Shown: positions 26,096 through 34,764, numbered from the stretch's first letter. The stretch is 64,000 bases of DNA from an uncultured Clostridia bacterium (GCA_944340905.1 CALVLT010000008.1:2173-66172), one strand, 5' to 3'. Numbers and translations: made by a program. Notes: generated by a model from the sequence alone, not told the origin.

Positions 26096-27307
26096 CTATT
26101 CCTGTTTCAGAAAACCACGGAATTTGGCGGCGTGCTCGATGGGAATGACCGCCTCGACCAGCGTGCCGTCGTCGGTATAGCGTACACTGCGTTCGGTGAT
26201 GAGCGGGCGCAGCGCGGCGTACTGCGCCGCCTGTGCATACGGAACGAACAGTTCGCCCGTTACAAATTTGTCCGCCATCGCCTCGTAAATCTTCTTCCTG
26301 AGCAAGGGCAGTCCCGTGCCGTATTTCGCGCTGATGCAAATAGCATCCTTCGGCTCATGCGCCTCCTGCGGCATGCGGTCGCACTTGTTCATGACGATCA
26401 GATAGGGGGAGGAAAAGCCCAGCCCGCGCAGCGTCTGCAGCGTCGTTTCGAGCTGCATGGCGTAGTCGCCGCCCGCATCGCATACGATGAGCGCCAGGTC
26501 GCAGTGCAGCGCGCTCTCCAGCGTCGATTTGAATGCATCGATGAGATGGTGGGGTAGATCGCGCAGAAATCCGACGGTGTCTGTCAGCAAAAAATCCATG
26601 CCCTCGATCTCTACTTTGCGGGAGGTGGGGTCGAGTGTGGCAAACAGGGCATCGCGGACGAGCACGTCTGCGCCCGTGAGCGCATTCAAAAGGGTGGATT
26701 TTCCCGTGTTCGTATAGCCGACGAGCGCGATCGTGCGCGCGCCGTCCTTTTTTCTGCGCTCGGTCAGCATGCCGCGCCGCCGCTCGGTCGCGCGCAGTTT
26801 TTCCTCGAGCGTGCGGATGCGGGCGCGGATGTGCCGCCTGTCCGTCTCCAACTGGGTTTCGCCCGGCCCGCGCGTTCCGATGCCGCCCCCGAGACGGGAG
26901 AGCGCCCCGCCCTTGCCCTTCAGCCGCGGATAGAGATAGCGCAGCTGCGCAAGTTCCACCTGCAATTTGCCCTCGCTGCTCTCGGCGCGCAGCGCAAAGA
27001 TGTCGAGGATGAGCGTCGTGCGGTCGATGACCTTTGTACCGAGCGCCTCCGAAAGGTTTGCCGTCTGCGCGGGGGACAGTTCTCCGTTGAACAGAACGGT
27101 CTGATCGGCGTCCCGAAGCAATTCCCGCAGCTCGGCGACCTTGCCTTCGCCCAAGTACGTCGCGGGGTCGACCGTGCGGATTCTGACATACATGGTGCCC
27201 GTACAGAGGGCGCCCGCACTCTCGATGAGCGCGACGGCCTCCGCATGCAGTTCGTCGGCAGAGCGATCGTGCACGGGCTGCACGAGAAAGACGTTCTCCT
27301 CGATCAT
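26096..27307 (-). CDS. hflX: GTPase HflX
   Basis: 403 aa with an HflX N-domain and G-domain motifs GYTNTGKSTLLNALTG, DTVGF and NKCD. Confidence 0.95.
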   Translation of the reverse strand: MIEENVFLVQPVHDRSADELHAEAVALIESAGALCTGTMYVRIRTVDPATYLGEGKVAELRELLRDADQTVLFNGELSPAQTANLSEALGTKVIDRTTLILDIFALRAESSEGKLQVELAQLRYLYPRLKGKGGALSRLGGGIGTRGPGETQLETDRRHIRARIRTLEEKLRATERRRGMLTERRKKDGARTIALVGYTNTGKSTLLNALTGADVLVRDALFATLDPTSRKVEIEGMDFLLTDTVGFLRDLPHHLIDAFKSTLESALHCDLALIVCDAGGDYAMQLETTLQTLRGLGFSSPYLIVMNKCDRMPQEAHEPKDAICISAKYGTGLPLLRKKIYEAMADKFVTGELFVPYAQAAQYAALRPLITERSVRYTDDGTLVEAVIPIEHAAKFRGFLKQE

Positions 27308-28371
27308 GAAGGGTCCTCCGGAGGGCGGTGCAGCCTGACCGCCTCCGCCACCGAGCGGCGATGATCCTCCGTGATGGCGGCATAGTGCTTGCGCGTCGTG
27401 TTCACGTCGCGGTGTCCGAGTACGTCCGCCACGATATAGATGTCGCCCGTCTCGCGGTAGAGCGCCGTGCCATAGGTGGAACGCAGCTTGTGCGGCGTGA
27501 TTTTTTTGAGAGGGGAGACGATTTTCGCATATTTCTTGACGAGATTTTCCACGGCGCGCACGGAGATGCGGCGGTATTGCAACGAGAGAAAGAGGGCATG
27601 TTCCTCGGGCGGGACGCGCGGATCGTTCTCCTTCTGCGCGAGATAGGCGCCGAGCGCATCGCCGACTTCCTCCGAAAAGTACAAAATGGCCTTGTTCCCG
27701 CCCTTGCGCGTCACGACAAAGGAATTGTTGGAGAAGTCGATGCTCTCATTGTTCAGGCCGACCAGTTCGGAAATACGGATGCCCGTACCCAAAAAAAGCG
27801 TGAGGATTGCGCTGTCGCGCACCTTCGTCCGGTCGTGATAGCCGCTGGCATGGGGAGACAGCCCGTCGCCGTACTCGGCGGTATCGAGCAGGGAAGAGAC
27901 CTCGTCGCTCTCCAGACGGATGATCTCCTTTTCGTGCAGCTTGGGCGTCGGAACTTTGGTCGTCTGATTGGACTCGATAAGGCCCTTGTTGAAGAAGTAT
28001 TTGAACATGGAGCGCACGGTCGAAAGCTTGCGCGCCTTGGCGCGCTCGTCGCAGGAGAGGCGCTTTCCGCCGTACCGATAGTTAGAGAGATAGCTCAGAA
28101 ATATCTCGACGTCGGTATCGGTGATTTGCTCCATGTCATCCAGCGTCAGCGCCGTCACTTCTTTCCCGCGGAATTTTTTCTGCACGAGAAAATCAAAGAA
28201 GATGCGCAGATCGTAGACATAATTCAGCCGCGTGAGAACGCTCGTTCGCGTCTCAATGCCGCGCAGAAAGTCCTCACAGAAGGGGGGCAGCGTTTCTAGC
28301 AGCTCATTGATCCTGTCAAGATTCTTCAGATTGCGTTCCTGATAATAATCGCCGTGTTGATTCTTCGCCAT
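27304..28371 (-). CDS. tyrosine site-specific recombinase, Xer family (XerS-like architecture)
   Basis: Internal ATG 28371 of ORF 27304..28503. Catalytic region has ..GIRISEL.., HKLRSTYGT and GHRDVNTTRKHY. The VTRKGGN motif and an N-terminus pairing LPPFCEDFL with ..YDLRIFFDFL recall XerS. The stop overlaps the hflX start. Confidence 0.8.
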   Translation of the reverse strand: MAKNQHGDYYQERNLKNLDRINELLETLPPFCEDFLRGIETRTSVLTRLNYVYDLRIFFDFLVQKKFRGKEVTALTLDDMEQITDTDVEIFLSYLSNYRYGGKRLSCDERAKARKLSTVRSMFKYFFNKGLIESNQTTKVPTPKLHEKEIIRLESDEVSSLLDTAEYGDGLSPHASGYHDRTKVRDSAILTLFLGTGIRISELVGLNNESIDFSNNSFVVTRKGGNKAILYFSEEVGDALGAYLAQKENDPRVPPEEHALFLSLQYRRISVRAVENLVKKYAKIVSPLKKITPHKLRSTYGTALYRETGDIYIVADVLGHRDVNTTRKHYAAITEDHRRSVAEAVRLHRPPEDPS

Positions 28372-28377
28372 GCCATC

Positions 28378-28406
28378 ATTATACCATAAAAAGGGAAATC
28401 CGTCAA
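28378..28406 (-). promoter_or_regulatory. extended -10 promoter abutting the recombinase start
   Basis: - strand TTGACG-N17-TGgTATAAT. The -10 box ends 6 nt before ATG 28371, with no SD. Confidence 0.5.
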
Positions 28407-28433
28407 TTTTACGAAGAGTTGAGCCAAAATTTT

Positions 28434-28460
28434 TTAAAAAAACCCGCCGAAAAGGGCGGG
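28434..28460 (-). terminator. Rho-independent terminator (- strand)
   Basis: CCCGCC-cttttc-GGCGGG followed by T9 on the - strand. Confidence 0.7.
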
Positions 28461-28514
28461 AAATGATCGGATACAGGCGCAGGCCAGCCGTAAAAATTCG
28501 CACAGGGGAAAGAA

Positions 28515-28554
28515 CATAACTATTCGCAAAATGCAGCTTTTACGAATAGTTATG
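28515..28554. repeat. perfect 12-bp inverted repeat
   Basis: CATAACTATTCG-N16-CGAATAGTTATG. Confidence 0.9.
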
Positions 28555-28564
28555 GAAATTTTTA

Positions 28565-28585
28565 CTGAAAAAAACTTTTTTTCAG
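28565..28585. other. 21-bp perfect A/T palindrome; candidate dif-like recombination site
   Basis: CTGAAAAAAA-C-TTTTTTTCAG, 194 bp upstream of the XerS-like gene. The arms C(T)GAAAA / TTTTC(A)G resemble the difSL arms as I recall them. Confidence 0.3.
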
Positions 28586-28688
28586 AATATGTTCCGCAAA
28601 TGTATTTTTTGTATAACGCTCGGAAACATTTTCAGCCCTGATTTTATAAAACTGCTCGAAAACGACAGCCGCAACCGCTTTTTTTATT

Positions 28689-28729
28689 GCACATGCATTT
28701 TTTCAGCGCTTTTTTACAAATGCATGTGC
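28689..28729. repeat. perfect 12-bp inverted repeat
   Basis: GCACATGCATTT-N17-AAATGCATGTGC. No adjacent T-run on either strand. Confidence 0.9.
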
Positions 28730-28762
28730 GGCAAGGTTGTTACTAACGTAAGAACGCATCAC

Positions 28763-28788
28763 ACAAGTACTATGTCAGACATACTATT
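28763..28788. repeat. dispersed AT-rich quasi-palindrome, copy 3 (just 3' of the GH13 stop codon)
   Basis: ACA AGTACTATGTC A GACATACTATT(GT), nested in the larger inverted repeat CACAAGTAC..GTACTTTTGTG. Confidence 0.9.
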
Positions 28789-30607
28789 GTACTTTTGTGA
28801 AAATACCGTAGGATTTCGGGCCGCATTCGATGCGGTCGTGAAAGATGGTCTGTGTGAGATACTCTTCAAACGTTCCGTCAACGCGGATGGAATATTCGCT
28901 GTGGGAATTGTTTACCCATACGTATACCGTCTGGGCTGCGCCCTTGCGAGCATACACGAGGCAGCCTGCATCGGCATAGACCTCGTCATATTCGCCGTCG
29001 CGGAATACGGGAAATTGTCTGCGCAGCGCGCCCAGTTTCTGATAGAACGCAAGCAGTTCTTCGTCCGTATGCAGCCAATCGAAACAGCGGCGGCAGAACG
29101 GGTCCTGATAGCCCTCCATGGCGTTTTCGTCGCCATAATAGATGCAGGGAATGCCCGGGAGCGTGAACTGCAGGACGGCCGCCATCATGACGCGCTGCTT
29201 TGCCGCGGCCTTTTCGCGCTCGGAAAGGAACGTGACCGCCATTTCATCCTTATTGGAACAATTTTTTCCGCCGAACACCGTAAGGATGCGCGGCGTATCG
29301 TGCGTGCCGAGAATATTCATGAGGCAGTCGAGCGTCTCTTTCGGGTAATTGTCCATGAGCATGAACAGCGTTTCCCGCAGCTGTGACGTCTTGCCGGACT
29401 GAACATAGCTGATGATGGCGTCCTTGAGCGGATAGTTCATGACGCTGTCCAGCTCGCCGCCCTGCAGATATTTTCTGCGCACGCTGTAGGCGATCTTGTT
29501 GGAGGCATCCTCCCAGACTTCGCCGATGATGACGGCGTCCTGTGCGCTGTCTTTGACCGTCCGGCGCAGCTTTTCCAGGAAGAAGTCGGGCAGTTCGTCG
29601 GCAACGTCCAGCCGATAGCCGCCGATGCCGTGCTGCAGCCAGTGGCGGAGCACGCCGTTTTCCCCGAAGATAAATTCCTGATAGGACGCGCTCGTCTCAT
29701 TGACGGCGGGCAGGGTATCGATCCCCCACCAACAGTCATACGAATCGGGAAATTCGCTGAAATGGTACCAATCGGCATACGGGGAGTCGGGTGACTGATA
29801 GGCGCCGATGCTGTCGTAGTGCCCGTATTTGTTGAAATAACGGCTGTCCGATCCCGTGTGATTGAGCACGGCGTCCAGAACGATCCGCATCCCCCTCTTT
29901 TTCGCCTCCCGCACAAGGCGGTCGAGGTCGTCCTGCGTTCCGAGCAGCGGATCGACCTTGAGATAGTCGCCCGTATCGTAACGGTGGTTGGAATACGCCT
30001 CGAAGATGGGATTGAGGTACAGGACGGTTACGCCGAGCGATTGCAGATAATCGAGTTTTTCCGTGATGCCGTTCAGGTTTCCGCCGAAGAAATCGTTGTT
30101 CAGCACCCTGCCGTATTCATTCGGACGGTAGGACGGCAGCCCGCCCCAGTCCCCGCGCAGGGCCTTGCCTGCCGGTGCAGGACATTCGCCAGCACGGTTG
30201 AACCGGTCGGGAAAAATCTGATACATGACGCCGCCCTTCATCCAATCGGGCGTATGGTAGTGCTCATCAAAGACGGTGATCTGCCAGCTTACCAGGTTTG
30301 CCTGCGTCATGAACGTGCCGTTTCGCAGGCTGCCGCACCCGAAATATTCGTCTCCGATGCGGAAATAGTAGAAATACAGTCCGACCTGATGAAACTTCAG
30401 TGTGACGGAAAAGCCGCGATCGGTACGATTCATCGACAGAGGCGTGCGCTCTTTCCCGTCCTGCCAGAAGACAAAGCGCGCGTCGAGGTGATGCGGCATT
30501 TCGCCCGCCTCATCCCAAAACAGGCGAAAGGTCGCCAAAGCGCCGCGCGGGAATGCACCCGTGCAGCTCTTGCAGGCTTTGTCCAAGGGGTTGAAATAGA
30601 AATGCAT
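28784..30607 (-). CDS. GH13 alpha-glucan hydrolase (neopullulanase/maltogenic-amylase-like)
   Basis: 607 aa with GH13 conserved regions DAVLNHTG, GYRLDVADE, IGEVWED and LGTHDTPR. It is the last gene of the glycogen cluster. Confidence 0.85.
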   Translation of the reverse strand: MHFYFNPLDKACKSCTGAFPRGALATFRLFWDEAGEMPHHLDARFVFWQDGKERTPLSMNRTDRGFSVTLKFHQVGLYFYYFRIGDEYFGCGSLRNGTFMTQANLVSWQITVFDEHYHTPDWMKGGVMYQIFPDRFNRAGECPAPAGKALRGDWGGLPSYRPNEYGRVLNNDFFGGNLNGITEKLDYLQSLGVTVLYLNPIFEAYSNHRYDTGDYLKVDPLLGTQDDLDRLVREAKKRGMRIVLDAVLNHTGSDSRYFNKYGHYDSIGAYQSPDSPYADWYHFSEFPDSYDCWWGIDTLPAVNETSASYQEFIFGENGVLRHWLQHGIGGYRLDVADELPDFFLEKLRRTVKDSAQDAVIIGEVWEDASNKIAYSVRRKYLQGGELDSVMNYPLKDAIISYVQSGKTSQLRETLFMLMDNYPKETLDCLMNILGTHDTPRILTVFGGKNCSNKDEMAVTFLSEREKAAAKQRVMMAAVLQFTLPGIPCIYYGDENAMEGYQDPFCRRCFDWLHTDEELLAFYQKLGALRRQFPVFRDGEYDEVYADAGCLVYARKGAAQTVYVWVNNSHSEYSIRVDGTFEEYLTQTIFHDRIECGPKSYGIFTKVQ

Positions 30608-30612
30608 AGCGC

Positions 30613-33039
30613 TTATTTATTGAGTTGCTTCAGATTCCAGATGTTCTTGGCGTAGTCACGGATGCTCCTGTCCGCGGAGAAATACCCGGACGCCGCGATG
30701 TTCATGAGGGATTTTCTGTTCCACGACAGCTTATCGCTGCGGTAGAGCGCATTGACCTTGCTTTGCGTCTTACGGTAGGATTCATAGTCCGCCAGGCACA
30801 TGTAGGGATCGGCGACGGGTGCATTGCGCAGCAGATAGTTGGCGATTTCCGCAAAGGAAGTCCCGTTGAACCCGACGATGAGCGATTCGATGATCTTGCG
30901 CATTTCGGGGTCATGGTTGTAATAAGCGCTCGAATTGTAGCCGGATGCCCAAATCTCATCCACTTCGTCCGCCTTCAGCCCGAAAATAAAGATATTGTCC
31001 TCGCCGACCCGCTGCGCCATCTCCACGTTCGCGCCGTCCAGCGTGCCGATCGTGAGCGCACCGTTGATCATGAACTTCATGTTCCCCGTGCCCGACGCCT
31101 CCTTTCCGGCAAGGGATATCTGCTCGGAGATCTCGCTCGCAGGCATGAGCGATTCGGACATGGTGACGTTGTAATTTTCCATGTATACAACGTTGAGCTT
31201 TTCGTTGATCCTGGGGTGTTTTTTGATGTCCTCGGAGAGAAAACAGATGAGCTTGATGATCATCTTTGCCATCTCGTAGCCGGCGGCAGCCTTTGCGCCG
31301 AAGATATATGTCTTAGGCTGAACGTCGAGGTCGGGATTTTCCTTGAGGGCGTTGTACTCCGCAATGATATGCAGGGCGTTGAGCAATTGGCGCTTGTACT
31401 CATGCATGCGCTTGACCTGCACGTCGAAGAGCGTATCGGGATCGATATCCACACCCTGATGTTTTTTGGCAAGTTCCGCAAACTGGCGCTTTTTGATCGC
31501 CTTGATCTCGCCGAGGCGCTTCAGGACGCTCTCGTCATCGGCAAAGCTGCGCAGCCCTTCCAGCCGCGCGGCGTCCTTGTCGTACCCGTCGCCGATGCAG
31601 TCGGTGATGAGCTCGCACAATTCGGGGTTGGACTGGTTGAGCCAGCGCCTGTGCGCGATCCCGTTCGTGACGTTACAGAACTTCTCGGGCGTATAGTCGT
31701 AAAAGTCGCGGAAAATGCTCTCTTTGATGATATTGCTGTGCAGTTCGGAGACGCCGTTGACGCTGTGCGAGCCCATGACGCACAGATTCGCCATGCGCAC
31801 GGCGTTGTTCGCGAGGATCGCCATACGGGAAATCTTGTTCCAGTCCCCGGGATAGCGCGCCCAGAGGTCCTCGCAGAACCGTCGGTTGATCTCCTTGAGG
31901 ATCGCATAGATGCGCGGAACCCTTCTTGCGATCAGGTCCTCCGACCACGTTTCCAGCGCCTCGGCGAGCACGGTGTGATTGGTGTAGGCGCAGGTGGAAG
32001 TCGTAATGTTCCAGGCAACCTCCCAGCTGAAGTAGTTTTCGTCCACGAGGATGCGCATCAGCTCGGGGATGGCGAGCGCGGGATGGGTATCGTTGATATG
32101 GATCGCAGCCATCTGCGGCAACAACGACAGCGAGCCGTAGCGGCGCTTGTGGTCGGAGACGATGCACTGCAGCGAGGCGGACACGAGAAAGTACTGCTGC
32201 TGCAGGCGCAGGGATTTGCCCTCGTAGTGATTGTCCGAGGGATAGAGCACCTTGGAAATGAGCTGCGCCTCGGTATCCTCGCGCATGACCTCCGCATAGT
32301 TGCCCTGTGAAAAGAGCTGCATATCGAATTTCTGCACGGCGCGCGCCCGCCACAGGCGCAGTGTGCTGACGGAGTCGGAGTCCTTGCCCGACACCATCAT
32401 ATCATATGCGACTGCCTCCACTTCCCGCGCATTGCGGTAGATGGTCTCCATGCCGTGATCCGTCCACTTCTCCTCAAACGTGCCGTCAAAGCGCACGATA
32501 AAGCGCTTGTCGGCGCGCTGGATGAGCCAGGACTCCCCTCCCGGCAGCCAGACGTCTGGCAGCTCGATCTGCCAGCCGTCCACGATCTTCTGCTTGAAAA
32601 GGCCGTACTGATAGCAGATGGAAAACCCCATTGCAGGATAGTTCTGCGTGGCGAGACCATCCAGAAAACATGCCGCAAGGCGGCCGAGGCCGCCGTTCCC
32701 GAGGCCTGCGTCCGGCTCCTCTTCATACAGCTCTTCCAACGAGACATTGAACCCCTTGAGCGCGCCCGAAAGCGCATCGTAAATGCCGAGGTTGTAGACG
32801 CTGTTCTTGAGCGAACGCCCCATCAGAAATTCCATGCAAAGGTAATAGACGCGCTTTGCCTTCGCGTTCTTGGTGCGCAGATGGAATTTCTGGTGCTTTT
32901 CCGCCATGATGTCCCTGACGCTCATGACGACTGCCCGGTAGATCTGATCGCGCGTCGCCTCCTGAGGAATGACGCCGAAGTAGCGCGACAGCTTTCCCGT
33001 GATGAGGCGCTGTGCCTCCTGTGCGGTCAATTTGTTCAT
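30613..33039 (-). CDS. glgP: glycogen/maltodextrin phosphorylase
   Basis: ATG 33039 (MNKLTAQEAQR..) with a GGGAGAG SD. GT35 signatures are present, including the EASGTGNMKF PLP-lysine motif. Confidence 0.95.
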   Translation of the reverse strand: MNKLTAQEAQRLITGKLSRYFGVIPQEATRDQIYRAVVMSVRDIMAEKHQKFHLRTKNAKAKRVYYLCMEFLMGRSLKNSVYNLGIYDALSGALKGFNVSLEELYEEEPDAGLGNGGLGRLAACFLDGLATQNYPAMGFSICYQYGLFKQKIVDGWQIELPDVWLPGGESWLIQRADKRFIVRFDGTFEEKWTDHGMETIYRNAREVEAVAYDMMVSGKDSDSVSTLRLWRARAVQKFDMQLFSQGNYAEVMREDTEAQLISKVLYPSDNHYEGKSLRLQQQYFLVSASLQCIVSDHKRRYGSLSLLPQMAAIHINDTHPALAIPELMRILVDENYFSWEVAWNITTSTCAYTNHTVLAEALETWSEDLIARRVPRIYAILKEINRRFCEDLWARYPGDWNKISRMAILANNAVRMANLCVMGSHSVNGVSELHSNIIKESIFRDFYDYTPEKFCNVTNGIAHRRWLNQSNPELCELITDCIGDGYDKDAARLEGLRSFADDESVLKRLGEIKAIKKRQFAELAKKHQGVDIDPDTLFDVQVKRMHEYKRQLLNALHIIAEYNALKENPDLDVQPKTYIFGAKAAAGYEMAKMIIKLICFLSEDIKKHPRINEKLNVVYMENYNVTMSESLMPASEISEQISLAGKEASGTGNMKFMINGALTIGTLDGANVEMAQRVGEDNIFIFGLKADEVDEIWASGYNSSAYYNHDPEMRKIIESLIVGFNGTSFAEIANYLLRNAPVADPYMCLADYESYRKTQSKVNALYRSDKLSWNRKSLMNIAASGYFSADRSIRDYAKNIWNLKQLNK

Positions 33040-33171
33040 TTGGATTATCTCTCCCGAAAAAAAGTATCGCAATGTGAGTGCGCCCTGCAGGCGCAAGAAC
33101 AGAAAAACAGAGGGGCAAGAAGCCAAGCAATCTCTGCCCCTCCTCTCTTCCCGTTCTGAAAGTCCGGCCGC

Positions 33172-34764
33172 TTACTTGAGCATGCCGAGATAGAGTCCCA
33201 TGTAAAACTTTGCAGAAGTCGCCCAGGAGAAATCCGTCTCCATCGCCTTCTTCTGCAGGGCCTTCCATGCCTCCTTGTCGCGGTAGACGCCCAGCGCCTC
33301 GTTGATGACGTAAAGCATATCATAGGCGTTGTAGTCGTGGAAGGTAAAGCCGTTCCCGCCCGCGCCATACGGACGGATGCTGTCGCGCAGTCCCCCCGTC
33401 TCGCGGACGATGGCGACCGTGCCGTAGCGGGAGGCGATCATCTGCGAAAGCCCGCACGGCTCGCTCTTGGAGGGCATGAGGAACATATCCGCGCCCGAAT
33501 AGATCTTGCGCGAAAGGTCGGAATTGAAGGAGATGATGGATACGACCTTCCCCTGATACCTGCGCGCGAGGTCACTGAAATAGTTTTCGTAGGTGGAATC
33601 GCCCGTTCCGAGCAACACGAACTGCACATCCTGGCGCAGCACCTGTTCGATGACTTCGCGTACGAGGTCAAGACCTTTATGCGCGACAAGACGGGTGATC
33701 ATCGCGATGACGGGCGTATCCGGCTTGACGGGCAGATTGAGCATGCGCTGCAGCTCCTCCTTGCACACCGCCTTGTTGGAGATATCCTGCGCATCGTAGT
33801 TCGCGAACAGCGCTTTGTCCGTCTTGGGGTTGTAGTAATCCACATCGATGCCGTTGAGGATGCCGCAGAGCTTGAACTCGTTCCTGCGGATGATGGGGTC
33901 AAGCCCGTGCGCGTAGTAAGGGTCCTTGATCTCGCCCGCATAGGTCGGGCTGACGGTGGAAAACCGTTCGCTGCATTCTATCGCCCCCTTCATGAGGTTG
34001 ATGCAGCGGTCATACTCGACCAGATAGCGGTAGCGGTTGGAGATGCCGAACAGATCCTCCAGAATATCGAGGGAATACTTTCCCTGGTATTCAATGTTGT
34101 GAATGGTGAACACCGAACGGATGAACTGATATTCGGGGCGGAAACAGTAGATCGTCTTGAGATAGAGCGCCGCCAGCGCCGCCTGCCAGTCATGACAGTG
34201 CAGGATATCGGGATAAAAATTGAGGAAGGACAAGATCTCCATGACACCGCGGCAGAAGAAAGCGAACCGTTCGCCGTCGTCGTAATAGCCGTAGCAGCCC
34301 GGGCGCTTGAAATAATATTCGTTGTCCACGAAATAGAACTTGACGTTGTCCTTTTCGTATTCAAAGATGCCGCAGTACTGGTTGCGCCAGGAGAGCGGGA
34401 CGAAGATATTCCCGATGAACTTGAAATCCTTCCTGTATTCCTTGCGGATATCCTGATAGAGCGGAATAATGACGCGCACGTCATAGTTGCTGTCCGCCGC
34501 AATCGCCTTGGAGAGCGAGCCGATGACCTCCGCCAGGCCGCCCGTCGCAATGAAGGGCGCCGCCTCCGATGCCACGAACATGATCTTCTTTTTCGGTTCC
34601 ACATGCACCTCGGGTGCGGGCGCGGGCGCAGGCGCCGTCTCGGGTGTCTCGACCACCTCTACGGGCGGGACGTTGACGAGAGCAGCCGCCTCTGCCGCAT
34701 TGGGGGCGGGTGCCTTCTTCTTCGCCGTGCTGTTTTTCCTTGCCGTACTCTTGGTTGCTGCCAT
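33172..34764 (-). CDS. glgA: glycogen synthase with ~60-aa Ala/Pro/Lys-rich N-terminal extension
   Basis: ATG 34764 with an AAGGAGG SD. The GT5 core starts at KKIMFVASEAAPFIATGGLAEV. Confidence 0.9.
   Translation of the reverse strand: MAATKSTARKNSTAKKKAPAPNAAEAAALVNVPPVEVVETPETAPAPAPAPEVHVEPKKKIMFVASEAAPFIATGGLAEVIGSLSKAIAADSNYDVRVIIPLYQDIRKEYRKDFKFIGNIFVPLSWRNQYCGIFEYEKDNVKFYFVDNEYYFKRPGCYGYYDDGERFAFFCRGVMEILSFLNFYPDILHCHDWQAALAALYLKTIYCFRPEYQFIRSVFTIHNIEYQGKYSLDILEDLFGISNRYRYLVEYDRCINLMKGAIECSERFSTVSPTYAGEIKDPYYAHGLDPIIRRNEFKLCGILNGIDVDYYNPKTDKALFANYDAQDISNKAVCKEELQRMLNLPVKPDTPVIAMITRLVAHKGLDLVREVIEQVLRQDVQFVLLGTGDSTYENYFSDLARRYQGKVVSIISFNSDLSRKIYSGADMFLMPSKSEPCGLSQMIASRYGTVAIVRETGGLRDSIRPYGAGGNGFTFHDYNAYDMLYVINEALGVYRDKEAWKALQKKAMETDFSWATSAKFYMGLYLGMLK

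Noticed and set aside
24000-29000. Classical 28-bp XerCD dif site (..CATAA-N6-TTATG(T/A)TAAAT) near the convergence point.
   Set aside because: I scanned for TTATG/CATAA pairs with 6-8-nt spacing and found none. CGAATAGTTATGGAAATT (28543-28560) matches a XerD-arm-like TTATGnAAA, but no complementary left arm sits at the right distance.
32548-32559. The 12-bp perfect palindrome CCAGACGTCTGG inside glgP, which shares ACGTCTG with motif copy 2.
   Set aside because: It is GC-rich, single-copy and lacks the AT-rich flanks. It is within chance expectation for a GC-rich window.
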